Below, one piece after another: positions 46,301 through 55,629 of a DNA stretch of 64,000 nucleotides. The stretch is from Bacillota bacterium (GTDB lineage: Bacteria; Bacillota; Desulfotomaculia; Desulfotomaculales; VENG01): NCBI GenBank assembly GCA_009711705.1, contig VENG01000015.1, positions 65,709-129,708 on the forward strand, written 5' to 3'. The position numbers and the translations under genes are program-made. Positions within the stretch are counted from its first letter, which is position 1. The number at the start of each line of letters is the position of its first letter. The notes under the pieces were generated by a model. That model did no database searches. It worked only from the letters and a program-made list of their open reading frames with translations, and was not told where the DNA came from.

Positions 46301-47398
46301 TTAAGATTTCTTAATATAACCTTCAATTAACATATCCCGGCCGCACATGGAAACTTGCATACGGTCCAGCAAAACGGCGTTTTCCAAAACCTCAACACCT
46401 TTTCCTCCTACAGGTCCCGGGGCTTCACGGCCCCCTATTATTTTAGGTGCTACAAACCATGCTACCTTGTCCACAATTCCCCGGGCAAAAAACGACCCGT
46501 GAATACTAGAACCACCCTCAACCAGAATGCTGCTAATCTGTTGTTCCCCAAGCCAACGCAATAACTCATCTACATCTATTCCATCACTGTCATTGTTTAA
46601 AATGACTATGCGTGCACCGGCCGCTTCCAGCCGCTTCAAACTTTCTCGTTGGGCATCTTTACTTACTATAATATAGGTTGTTGCAAATGAATTTTGCGTG
46701 AGCATTTTACACTGTGGCGGAGTTCGGGCATAACTGTCAAGGATAATCCGCACAGGGTCACGCCCCTCTTTTCCCGGCAACCTGGTCGTTAAAGAAGGAT
46801 TATCGGAAAGAACAGTACCGATACCCACCAGGATGGAATCGTACCGGTCACGGAGGCGATGAGCCTGTTCCAAAGATTCATTACCCGTAATCCACTGGGA
46901 ATCTCCTGTTCGGGTTGCTATTTTGCCATCTAAACTCATTGCTGCCTTGGCTACTACAAAGGGTAGCTTGGTGGTGATATATTTATTAAATACTTCATTT
47001 AAATGAAGTGATTCCTCTTCCATAATGCCGGAAAGCACTTCCAGCCCCGCTTCCCTTAAACGATTTATCCCTTTTCCTGCCACAAGAGGGTTGGGGTCAG
47101 TTGTAGCAACTACGACTCGCTTTACTCCGGCAGCAATCACAGCTTCGGTACATGGACCGGTTCTACCGAAGTGGCAGCAAGGCTCAAGTGTAACATATAA
47201 GGTAGCTTTTTTAGCCTTATCCCCGGCATCCTTAAGAGCCATTATTTCGGCATGAGGTGCTCCGGCACGGGCATGAAATCCCTGCCCAACCACCTCACCA
47301 TCCCTTACCAAAACCGCGCCCACCATGGGATTAGGACTTGTACGCCCTGAAGCCCGGGAAGCAAGCTGTAACGCCATTTCCATATAATACATGTCCAT
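46301..47398 (-). CDS. ribD: Bifunctional diaminohydroxyphosphoribosylaminopyrimidine deaminase / 5-amino-6-(5-phosphoribosylamino)uracil reductase
   Basis: 365 aa. Deaminase Zn motifs HAEI and PCCHFGRTGPC. Confidence 0.95.
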   Translation of the reverse strand: MDMYYMEMALQLASRASGRTSPNPMVGAVLVRDGEVVGQGFHARAGAPHAEIMALKDAGDKAKKATLYVTLEPCCHFGRTGPCTEAVIAAGVKRVVVATTDPNPLVAGKGINRLREAGLEVLSGIMEEESLHLNEVFNKYITTKLPFVVAKAAMSLDGKIATRTGDSQWITGNESLEQAHRLRDRYDSILVGIGTVLSDNPSLTTRLPGKEGRDPVRIILDSYARTPPQCKMLTQNSFATTYIIVSKDAQRESLKRLEAAGARIVILNNDSDGIDVDELLRWLGEQQISSILVEGGSSIHGSFFARGIVDKVAWFVAPKIIGGREAPGPVGGKGVEVLENAVLLDRMQVSMCGRDMLIEGYIKKS

Positions 47399-47422
47399 AA
47401 TAAAAAACCACCTATTAAAAAT

Positions 47423-47630
47423 AAAAACCCTGAAATTACTTCAGGGTTTTTTAGGCACAACTCTATAATAGGCATACTGCCTTACACAATATGCCTACTA
47501 AAACCTTCTCCCATCCAGACTATAACTGTCGGCCCCGGACTTTAACCGGATCAACCCTTAAACACGGGCTCGCGGGCTTGGCATCAACCTTACCGCCGGT
47601 CAGGACTTTCACCTAACCCCGAAGGCTAAA
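47423..47630 (-). promoter_or_regulatory. FMN riboswitch (RFN element) with terminator expression platform, leader of ribD
   Basis: The minus strand reads CCTTCGGGGTTAGGTGAAAGTCCTGACCGGCGGT...AGCCCGCGAGCC...GATCCGGTTAAAGTCCGGGGCCGACAGTTATAGTCTGGATGGGAGAAGG (aptamer ~47504-47628). It is followed by the terminator AAAAAACCCTGAAGTAATTTCAGGGTTTTTATTTTT (47423-47452). Confidence 0.93.
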
Positions 47631-47650
47631 TATTTGATTTTATTTGTTTT

Positions 47651-47679
47651 ATTATATTCATTTATAGGTAAGGTGTCAA
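47651..47679 (-). promoter_or_regulatory. Consensus sigma-A promoter of the rib operon (TTGACA-17 nt-TATAAT)
   Basis: The minus strand reads TTGACA CCTTACCTATAAATGAA TATAAT. The -35 is at 47674-47679 and the -10 at 47651-47656, about 20 nt upstream of the riboswitch. Confidence 0.8.
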
Positions 47680-47989
47680 TATAAGTTAAGTTCATAAAGT
47701 AAGCGACTACAATTGCCAGATCAATATGAAATAATCTTAAGCAAATTCTAGCAAATAAGGTTGCAACTGCCAGATGCGTGTTACTTTTAATACCTAAACT
47801 TCAACAATTTGTCTGGACAAAGTTTCTTTTTGTCTGATACAATACTGTAGACCGTGTCTCTTAATAGTTGATACTATTTACGAGTACATTGGATTTTTTT
47901 AGTGCTTATTGACAATCTGTTTATAGTCATAAAGTTGTTTGCAGTTTATAAAGAAAGAATTCTCAAAGGAGTGACAAATTAAATAAGTG

Positions 47990-49264
47990 ATGGATTCATC
48001 AAACATAACCGACAATAAAGAAGGACATAATATCGGACAAAACAATATGGGGGACAAGCGAAGTGATGGTAACTTGCCAAAAGTAAAAGTAGAAAATTTG
48101 TCAAAAGTATTCGGCGACCATCCTGAGAAAGCCATCGAATTGTTAAACCAAGGTTATTCTAAAGATGAGATATTGGACAAGACAAGGCAAACTATCGGGG
48201 TTAATAATGCTAATTTCGAAGTACACTCCCAGGAAACATTTGTCTTAATGGGTCTTTCCGGCAGTGGAAAGTCAACTTTGATGCGGTGTATAAACAGATT
48301 GATTGAGCCTACTACCGGCAAAGTCCTAATTGACGGTGAAGACATTTTACAGGCAGACAAAGAAAATTTGCGGGAAATCCGGCGCAAGAAACTGGGCATG
48401 GTATTTCAGCGCTTTGCCCTTTTTCCACACAAAACCATCCTTGATAATGTAGGATATGGGTTGGAAGTACAGGGCCTAGAACTGCAAGAAAGGCGCGATG
48501 CATCTCAAAAAGTGCTCGATATGGTGGGGCTGAAAGGCTATGAAGACAGCTATCCCGCACAGCTTAGTGGTGGCATGCAGCAACGGGTAGGTTTGGCCAG
48601 AGCCCTTGCCAGTGATCCTGACATACTCTTGATGGATGAAGCTTTTAGTGCCCTGGACCCCTTAATTCGCAAGGAAATGCAGGACGAATTGTTGTCTTTG
48701 CAAGCAAAAATGAACAAAACCATTATTTTTGTTACCCATGATTTGGATGAGGCCCTAAAGATTGGTGACCGTATTGCTTTAATGAAAGACGGTTCCATTG
48801 TCCAGATAGGGAGCGGCGAAGAAATCCTTACCCGTCCTGCCAATGAATATGTACGGAAATTTGTTGAGGATGTTGACATTTCCAAAGTCCTTACAGCCGA
48901 GGGAGTCATGAAATCTCCAAGTACCACCGTGACTACCAAGGACGGGCCGCGTTTGGCATTAAGGCGTATGAAGGAATTAGGAATATCAAGCATATTTGTT
49001 GTTAGCAGGGACCGCAAATTTGAGGGTCTGCTCACTGCAGAGGATGCACTTGAAGCCGCTGAGGCTCAAAAAGATACTATTAAGGATTACATTACAAAAG
49101 ATATCCCCCGGGTATCGCCCGGTACTCCCTTGACGGAGCTTATTCCAATTATTGCAGACTCTAAGTATCCGGTAGTTGTAACATCCGATGACGGTACTTT
49201 ACAGGGTATCATCATTCGTGGGGCTGTACTTGCCGGCATGGTACGAAAGGGGGAAGATGACTAG
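47990..49264 (+). CDS. opuAA: Glycine betaine/proline betaine ABC transporter ATP-binding protein with tandem CBS domains (OpuAA-type)
   Basis: GLSGSGKST, LSGGMQQRVGLARAL and LLMDEAFSALD, with a C-terminal CBS pair. Close to Bacillus OpuAA as I recall it. The start is uncertain: GTG 47987, ATG 47990, or the internal ATG at 48047. Confidence 0.92.
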   Translation: MDSSNITDNKEGHNIGQNNMGDKRSDGNLPKVKVENLSKVFGDHPEKAIELLNQGYSKDEILDKTRQTIGVNNANFEVHSQETFVLMGLSGSGKSTLMRCINRLIEPTTGKVLIDGEDILQADKENLREIRRKKLGMVFQRFALFPHKTILDNVGYGLEVQGLELQERRDASQKVLDMVGLKGYEDSYPAQLSGGMQQRVGLARALASDPDILLMDEAFSALDPLIRKEMQDELLSLQAKMNKTIIFVTHDLDEALKIGDRIALMKDGSIVQIGSGEEILTRPANEYVRKFVEDVDISKVLTAEGVMKSPSTTVTTKDGPRLALRRMKELGISSIFVVSRDRKFEGLLTAEDALEAAEAQKDTIKDYITKDIPRVSPGTPLTELIPIIADSKYPVVVTSDDGTLQGIIIRGAVLAGMVRKGEDD

Positions 49265-50107
49265 ATGTTTACACTTCCTAAAATACCGATTGGCAGTTGG
49301 GTAAACAGTATTGTGGAATGGGCAAGAATCGAATTAAAGCCGGTTTTTGATATAATCACAGTGATTATCGAGTTTCTTGTCAGTGGGTTTAGAGACACCT
49401 TAATGCTTATACATCCGATTATATTAATAATCATAGTGATGGCGCTGGTATGGTGGATTGCCAGCCGTAAAGTAGCCATAGGGACGGCCCTGGGATTACT
49501 ACTTGCTTATAACCTTCAGCTTTGGGAACCCTCTATTACTACATTTGCCCTTGTCTTATCCTCAACCGTTCTTGCATTAATAGTAGGTCTCCCGCTAGGA
49601 ATTTGGACTGCCCGCAGTGAGGTGGCACACAAACTAATAATGCCGCTTTTAGACTTCATGCAGACAATGCCGCCATTTGTGTATTTAATTCCAGCAGTGT
49701 TTTTCTTCGGTATCGGCAACGTTCCGGGCTTAATTGCCACCGTTGTATTTGCCATGCCTCCGGCAATAAGATTGACAGGCCTTGGAATCAGGCAGGTGCC
49801 GGAAGAATTGGTGGAGGCCGCAGATGCCTTTGGCTCGACACCAGGACAAAAACTTTTTAAGGTTCAGCTCCCAATGGCATTACCGACCATTATGGCGGGA
49901 ATTAATCAGGTGATCATGCTCTCACTCTCCATGGTAGTGATTGCAGCCATGATTGGTGCTGGTGGCTTAGGAGCTGTAGTATTACGGGGAATTCAGCGTC
50001 TTGATATTGCTATGGGGTTTGAAGGAGGTTTGGCCATCGTCATCGTGGCAATCATTTTGGATCGCATTACACAAAGCCTCACAGAAAAACGAAAGGCCAA
50101 AGCTTAA
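49265..50107 (+). CDS. opuAB: Glycine betaine ABC transporter permease (OpuAB-type)
   Basis: 280-aa polytopic protein with a binding-protein-dependent transport EAA-loop region (EELVEAADAFGSTPGQKLFKVQLP). Confidence 0.92.
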   Translation: MFTLPKIPIGSWVNSIVEWARIELKPVFDIITVIIEFLVSGFRDTLMLIHPIILIIIVMALVWWIASRKVAIGTALGLLLAYNLQLWEPSITTFALVLSSTVLALIVGLPLGIWTARSEVAHKLIMPLLDFMQTMPPFVYLIPAVFFFGIGNVPGLIATVVFAMPPAIRLTGLGIRQVPEELVEAADAFGSTPGQKLFKVQLPMALPTIMAGINQVIMLSLSMVVIAAMIGAGGLGAVVLRGIQRLDIAMGFEGGLAIVIVAIILDRITQSLTEKRKAKA

Positions 50108-50136
50108 TTTTTAAATAGTTTAAGGAGGAGATTTGT

Positions 50137-51027
50137 ATGAAGCGTTTGTTGCGCATGCTCGCAGTGGCAGGAGTTATTGCACTCATGTCTACTGCACTCT
50201 TTGGTTGCGGCCAAGGAGGCCAAGAGGGCCAAGAAGGTGGCGAAGGTGGCGAAGAGGCTAAAGGTCAGGTGGAGCTGGGTTACGTGGAATGGGATTCCGA
50301 AATTGCCAGCACCAATGTTGTTAAGAAAGTATTGGAAGACCAAGGTTATGAAGTTAAAATTACAGCTGTTGATGCCGGTATTATGTGGACAGGAATCGGT
50401 AACGGCGATTTTGACGGCATTGTAGCCGCGTGGTTGCCCGGCACACATGGTGACTATTATGAAAAAGTTAAAGATAATGTTGAAAACTTGGGACCAAACC
50501 TGGATGGCGCTAAAATCGGTCTTGCGGTCCCTGCGTATATGGATATTAATTCCATCGATGAACTAAATAGCGTCAAAGATGAGTTAGACGGTGAGATAAT
50601 CGGCATTGAGCCCGGTGCCGGAATCATGAGTGCTACTGAAAAAGCTATCGAGGATTATAGCCTCGACTTAAATCTTAAGGATAGCAGTACCGCTGCTATG
50701 ACCGCTACACTGAAGAGCAAAATCGAAAACGAAGAAGCAGTTGTTGTAACTGAGTGGACTCCTCACTGGCCCTTTGCCGCGTGGGATCTGAAATACTTGG
50801 AAGATCCTGAGGGTTCATACGGTGGGGAAGAGCATATTGCCACCATCGTAAGACCGGGTTTAAAAGAGGAAATGCCCGATGTTTATAAAATATTGGATAA
50901 TTTCTATTGGTCCCCGAAAGATATGGAAACTGTAATGCTCAACACTCAGCAGGGTCTGAAGCCGGCAGAAGCCGCTGCACAATGGATTGAAAATAATCAA
51001 GATAAAGTTTCAAAGTGGGTTGAGTAA
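50137..51027 (+). CDS. opuAC: Glycine betaine-binding lipoprotein (OpuAC-type)
   Basis: Signal peptide with the lipobox LFGC, a G/Q/E-rich linker, and the WTPHWPF-type aromatic box region of the OpuAC family. Confidence 0.9.
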   Translation: MKRLLRMLAVAGVIALMSTALFGCGQGGQEGQEGGEGGEEAKGQVELGYVEWDSEIASTNVVKKVLEDQGYEVKITAVDAGIMWTGIGNGDFDGIVAAWLPGTHGDYYEKVKDNVENLGPNLDGAKIGLAVPAYMDINSIDELNSVKDELDGEIIGIEPGAGIMSATEKAIEDYSLDLNLKDSSTAAMTATLKSKIENEEAVVVTEWTPHWPFAAWDLKYLEDPEGSYGGEEHIATIVRPGLKEEMPDVYKILDNFYWSPKDMETVMLNTQQGLKPAEAAAQWIENNQDKVSKWVE

Positions 51028-51045
51028 AATACAATTTAGTTTTAA

Positions 51046-51084
51046 AGAGGAGCAGGTTACTAAAACCTGCTCCTCTCATTTTTA
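51046..51084. terminator. Terminator between the convergent opuA operon and the second betaine-type transporter operon
   Basis: AGAGGAGCAGGTT-ACTAA-AACCTGCTCCTCT followed by CATTTTTAAA, with an A/T-rich stretch on the other side as well. Confidence 0.85.
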
Positions 51085-51167
51085 AACTCTATGGCAAGCA
51101 TTTATTCCCTGTGTTTTTTTAACTCTCCCGTACAGCTACTTTCCCGGGTTCAACTCCTCTGAATCTA

Positions 51168-52133
51168 TTAACTACTGATCTGGGCAGCTAAATCGCTGAT
51201 ACTCTTTATGCCGAGAGCTTCGGCATCCACCCCGCGCATCATGATAGTATAGGTATTGTTAAAGGGGGCATAAGGAAGCCATACCAGATTATTGTTTTCC
51301 AAGTCCTCTTCTTTGACCTTTTGGTAGGCTTCATCAGAGTCAGTTATTGCCTCTTCATGCTCGAGGGCCACCAGCCAACCGGTTCCTGTATACTCCCAAT
51401 ACATATCAATTTCACCGTTTTCCAGTGCACTCCGTGCCACCTCAGTACCACCGAGACCTGTGCTGTCTTCCACTTCAAATCCTGCATTTTGCAAAGCCAA
51501 AATTGTAATTTGCCCCAGTATCAACTGTTCAGTGAATTCCTTGGAACCAACCACAACTTTACCTTTACTCGCTTCTACTGCCTCGCCTAACAGTCCATTG
51601 TCGTTCAAAAATTCTTCCGCAGCTTCTTTGGGCTGCATCCCGTCAACATCAACTTTCCCGTTGAGGGCAATCATGGTATCCGTATCCAGCTTTTCGGCAA
51701 TGGGTTCAAGAATGTCCTTAATTTCCGGGGATTTGTCCATTATTTCTTTACGAACAACCGGTGCCGGGTTATAAACCGGGAAGAACTTTTTATCGTCTTC
51801 CAGGTTAACCAGATTGAAAGCCCCGATTCTACCATCAGTGGCAAATCCCATGGCTACAGCCACCTGTTCCTCTTTTAAAGCACCGTAAGTAACTCCCAAA
51901 TCCATTACCATGACATCATCAAATTTGAAACCGTATTCTTCCTCCAGTTTGGGGAGCCCGTCAGGTCGTACTGCAAACTCATGGTCAGCAGCAAAAACCC
52001 AGTTCTCAATAACTATTTCAGATTCAGATTCTCCGGCGTCATTTTGCGAAGAGCCTCCCCCGCCGCAGCCAACTACCCCAAAGATCAATAATCCCAAGCA
52101 AACAGCAACCGCCAGCCAACGCAGCTTTATCAT
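51168..52133 (-). CDS. Choline/carnitine/betaine-type ABC transporter substrate-binding lipoprotein (OpuBC/OpuCC-like)
   Basis: The ATG at 52133 has an AAGGGGTGG RBS. Lipobox VVGC followed by a G/S linker. OpuBC/CC-type (PF04069-like) body. Confidence 0.85.
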   Translation of the reverse strand: MIKLRWLAVAVCLGLLIFGVVGCGGGGSSQNDAGESESEIVIENWVFAADHEFAVRPDGLPKLEEEYGFKFDDVMVMDLGVTYGALKEEQVAVAMGFATDGRIGAFNLVNLEDDKKFFPVYNPAPVVRKEIMDKSPEIKDILEPIAEKLDTDTMIALNGKVDVDGMQPKEAAEEFLNDNGLLGEAVEASKGKVVVGSKEFTEQLILGQITILALQNAGFEVEDSTGLGGTEVARSALENGEIDMYWEYTGTGWLVALEHEEAITDSDEAYQKVKEEDLENNNLVWLPYAPFNNTYTIMMRGVDAEALGIKSISDLAAQISS

Positions 52134-52208
52134 TTTCAAATCCACCCCTTAACCTTTATTTAGATAATTAACACCCGGGAAAGTGTAGCTGTTGGGTTAA
52201 TTAACCGG

Positions 52209-52934
52209 TTAATTGTTTCCGGTCAATACTGCTTCAACCTGACCCAATATATGATCAAACAAGATGGCCATAATTGCGCTCAAAAGAGCCCCGGCAATAA
52301 TAAGGCTGTCGCGTCCCACGGAAATGCCGGTAACAATTAATTCCCCCAATCCTCCGGCACTTATAAAGGTCGCCAAAGTAGCTGTTCCTACATTTATAAC
52401 AACGGCAGTACGAATACCGGCCATAACAATAGGATACGCCAAAGGTAATTCAATTCTTCTCAAAATGTGCCATGGCGTCATTCCCATTCCTTTAGCCGCT
52501 TGTATAGCGCCTTCCGGAACATTCTTTATCCCTGCAAAAGTGTTACGAAGAATAGGAAGTAGTGAATAACACCATAGGGCAAAGATAGCTGTATTAAATC
52601 CCAGGCCGAGAATGGTCATAAAAAGCGCCAGAATAGCCAGGCTGGGAATGGTTTGAGCAACATTAATGACATTTTCGATTAGAAAGCCGGCTTTTCGGAA
52701 TTGAGGCCTGCTAATCATGATACCCAGGGGAACTGCAGCCATAATTGCCAATAACGATGATACCAGTACTAAAATGAGATGTTGCCGGGTGGAAGTTAAA
52801 ACCTGTGCATAACTAAGCAGGCGTGCAGCCATTGGCCCGCCCGGGTTTTGTACAAAGTAAACGGTAACCATAACTGCACATCCAATCAATAAAGCAGGAA
52901 ATACATACCAACCTATTAACCGGTTAGGCCGCAT
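52209..52934 (-). CDS. ABC transporter permease (OpuBD/OpuCD-like)
   Basis: 241-aa polytopic protein with an EAA-type loop (GAIQAAKGMGMTPWHILRRIELP). Overlaps the ATPase gene by 11 nt. Confidence 0.88.
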   Translation of the reverse strand: MRPNRLIGWYVFPALLIGCAVMVTVYFVQNPGGPMAARLLSYAQVLTSTRQHLILVLVSSLLAIMAAVPLGIMISRPQFRKAGFLIENVINVAQTIPSLAILALFMTILGLGFNTAIFALWCYSLLPILRNTFAGIKNVPEGAIQAAKGMGMTPWHILRRIELPLAYPIVMAGIRTAVVINVGTATLATFISAGGLGELIVTGISVGRDSLIIAGALLSAIMAILFDHILGQVEAVLTGNN

Positions 52935-54039
52935 CGCTTTTCACCAACTCCAAAAGGTCCCCCAGCGTAATTATTCCCGCAAACACGTTGCCCGTGCTCA
53001 AAACGGCAACAAAGCTTTCCCCGTAATTGAGCATAACTGATAAGGCGTCATTTAAGGTTGCACCGGTATCCACGGTGTTAAATATGGGCTGACAAATTTC
53101 ACCGGCCGTCCGTATTCCCTGGGCCTCCCTAATATCTGCAAGAGAGATTGTTCCCAGCAGACTTCCGCTGCCGTTTACTACCATCGATACACCTATGTCG
53201 CTGGCTTCGATAACTTTTTCTACTTCTTCAAGCGGCACATTTGACTTCACCATCAAGCTAATGCCAGTATCTAAAGCACTTTCCGCCTTGATGAGGTGCA
53301 GCCGTTTGATGGAACGATTTTTACCGACTAGTTTGGAAACGAACTCATTTGCCGGGGAGCTTAAAATTTCATCGGGGCTGCTGTATTGAACCAGCTTTCC
53401 TCTGCGCATTACAGCTATTTTGTCACCCATTTTTATTGCCTCATCGATGTCATGAGTAACAAAAACAATGGTCTTTTTCATTTGTTCTTGAATACGAAGA
53501 AACTCGTTTTGTAACCTGGCCCGGGTAATGGGGTCAACGGCACCAAAAGGTTCATCCATTAATAAAATTGGCGGGTCTGCTGCCATGGCCCTGGCCACAC
53601 CTACCCGCTGCCTCTGCCCGCCACTAAGGTCTGCAGGCTTTCTTTGCCGGTAAATTTTAGGGGGCAGCCCAACCATATCCATTAATTCATCTACCCTATG
53701 ACGTATTTGATCGGCGGGCCACTTTTTTTCCCTAGGAACAGTTGCTACGTTATCTGCAATTGTCATGTGTGGAAACAGGCCTATTTCCTGGATCACATAA
53801 CCTATATCCAACCTTAACTGAATGGAATTAACTGTTGATATATCCTTACCGTCAACATATATAGTGCCGGAATTTGGTTCTTCCAGCTTATTAATCATTT
53901 TCATAGTAGTGGTTTTGCCACACCCGGAAGGGCCGACTAAAACACAAACCTCCCCCTCTTTAATTTCCATAGAAAGGTTATCAACTGCCGGCTCTTCCTG
54001 GTCCGAATATACTTTAGTCACTTTTTCCAATTTGATCAT
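52924..54039 (-). CDS. ABC transporter ATP-binding protein with CBS domains (OpuBA/OpuCA-like)
   Basis: GPSGCGKTT, LSGGQRQRVGVARA and LLMDEPFGAVD, with a C-terminal CBS pair. Confidence 0.9.
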   Translation of the reverse strand: MIKLEKVTKVYSDQEEPAVDNLSMEIKEGEVCVLVGPSGCGKTTTMKMINKLEEPNSGTIYVDGKDISTVNSIQLRLDIGYVIQEIGLFPHMTIADNVATVPREKKWPADQIRHRVDELMDMVGLPPKIYRQRKPADLSGGQRQRVGVARAMAADPPILLMDEPFGAVDPITRARLQNEFLRIQEQMKKTIVFVTHDIDEAIKMGDKIAVMRRGKLVQYSSPDEILSSPANEFVSKLVGKNRSIKRLHLIKAESALDTGISLMVKSNVPLEEVEKVIEASDIGVSMVVNGSGSLLGTISLADIREAQGIRTAGEICQPIFNTVDTGATLNDALSVMLNYGESFVAVLSTGNVFAGIITLGDLLELVKSDAA

Positions 54040-54053
54040 AATTCACACACCTT

Positions 54054-54689
54054 CTATTTGGTATTGTAGCGGTTCTCAGCAACACGCAATAGGTAGTCAG
54101 CGGTTAACGCCATCAGTGAGACCACAACGGCACCGGCAAGGATCATGTCTTTATTATACCGAGAGATACCGCGGAAAATGAGCTCCCCCAACCCTCCGGC
54201 ACCTATGTAAGACGCAATGGCACCAATCCCCACTACCATAACGGTAGCTGTTCTAATTCCCGCCATAATGACAGGTAAGGCCAAGGGTAATTTAACTTTT
54301 AGTAATACAGTCCATCCTCCCATACCCATTCCTTTAGCTGCCTGAAGCACAGAATCATCAATTTCCCTAATCCCAGTATATGTATTACGGACAATAGGTA
54401 GCAAAGAATACAAAACCAGGGCTACTACACCTGTTTTAAATCCTATGCCAAATATCGGTAGAAGCAGTCCGAAGGTGGCCAAGCTGGGAACTGTCATCAT
54501 AACCTGGCAAATATATAGTACTATCTGGGCTACAGGTCGGTAATAGGTAATAGCGATTCCTGCCAGCACCCCTAATAATACGGCAATAATAACAGAGGCC
54601 AGGACCAGAAAAGCATGTTCCACTCCCAAATCGAGAATTGTCCCTGACCGATCTACAAAAAACCCCCAAAGACTTATTATACCCTCCAT
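54054..54689 (-). CDS. ABC transporter permease (OpuBB/OpuCB-like)
   Basis: 211-aa polytopic protein with the EAA loop SVLQAAKGMGMGGWTVLLKVKLP. First gene of the operon. Confidence 0.88.
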   Translation of the reverse strand: MEGIISLWGFFVDRSGTILDLGVEHAFLVLASVIIAVLLGVLAGIAITYYRPVAQIVLYICQVMMTVPSLATFGLLLPIFGIGFKTGVVALVLYSLLPIVRNTYTGIREIDDSVLQAAKGMGMGGWTVLLKVKLPLALPVIMAGIRTATVMVVGIGAIASYIGAGGLGELIFRGISRYNKDMILAGAVVVSLMALTADYLLRVAENRYNTK

Positions 54690-54866
54690 GTCCTCACATC
54701 ACCCCCCATCATTATGTTTAACTGACACGCATGCAAGCTTAAATACAACGTACAACTTTCAATTTCTTACTCAGTTGTCTTTATATTACCATATTATCCA
54801 ATGAGGGTAACCAGAAAGAGTCTTACAAAAAGCGACACAATAACCGAATAGTTATGCAAAGCAAAA

Positions 54867-54894
54867 AAAGAGATGGCTTTAAAGCCATCTCTTT
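54867..54894 (-). terminator. Intrinsic terminator ending the ablA-ablB-orf transcription unit
   Basis: AAAGAGATGGCTTT/AAAGCCATCTCTTT hairpin overlapping the stop codon at 54893-54895, followed by TTTTTTT on the minus strand. Confidence 0.85.
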
Positions 54895-55603
54895 AGGTAA
54901 TCATATCTCGTTTACTAAGGCTGGTTCGATATTTATGTAAACTAGTGATTAGGCCTGGAAGTCGCTCGATTGTCGCCTTATGTCGGTAGTAATCTTCCAT
55001 AGACCCACACCGCCCCAGGCACCCGTACAATACAGTAAGCCGCATATGAATGCGCCGGGGCAAGAGAGCAACGTCGGCACCCAGTTTATGCCAGGCCTCG
55101 TTATGAAATAAAACACCTTCTTTAGTATGAGGAATCTGAGCTTCCTGTTCTATTGACAGGACAATTTTACGATTTTTCTTAAGCTCCTGCAAAAGTTCAT
55201 CGATTACGAAAAGCCGTTTTTCAGTAACTTCCTGGATGCGTGTGATATGGTAATACCATACTGTAACAATGACACCGAAAAGCGTTAACAGACCGCCTAA
55301 TGCAGCCTCGTTAAAGCCGGAAACAAATTCATAGGTATTGACATGTTCGCTAAGAGTGGCAAACAAAGCGGGAAATCTGGCCAAAAACCATTCCGAATTG
55401 GCCATTACAACTATTAATTCACGGTTAAATGATAATATAAGCCAGATAATAAATGGGCTAAATATTACCACCATAATTAATATAAGATTTTTTAAAATGC
55501 GCAATGACTTATAACAGAAAGGGCGTTCTAGGGAGGCACTTAACCACTTCTTTCCCTGTAAACAATGGCATACAAGTTTTCCTTTTCGGGTCAAATGTCT
55601 CAC
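54893..55603 (-). CDS. Hypothetical membrane-anchored protein, no family recognised
   Basis: 236-aa ORF. Two hydrophobic helices (LILIMVVIFSPFIIWLILSF and GGLLTLFGVIVTVWYYHI) and a ~115-aa soluble C-terminal part. None of the candidate starts (GTG 55603, ATG 55474, ATG 55405) has a convincing RBS. Ends in a strong terminator. Confidence 0.55.
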   Translation of the reverse strand: MRHLTRKGKLVCHCLQGKKWLSASLERPFCYKSLRILKNLILIMVVIFSPFIIWLILSFNRELIVVMANSEWFLARFPALFATLSEHVNTYEFVSGFNEAALGGLLTLFGVIVTVWYYHITRIQEVTEKRLFVIDELLQELKKNRKIVLSIEQEAQIPHTKEGVLFHNEAWHKLGADVALLPRRIHMRLTVLYGCLGRCGSMEDYYRHKATIERLPGLITSLHKYRTSLSKRDMIT

Positions 55604-55629
55604 CGCCGAATCTTTATAAGGTCATACCG

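Noticed and set aside
51090-51098. Possible third copy of the family 2 module (TATGGCAAG after the opuAC terminator), and a 10-mer TGTTTAGCTT at 40081-40090 matching the family 1 left arm.
   Set aside because: Only 9-10 nt match, with no complementary half-stem and no flanking similarity. This is within chance expectation.
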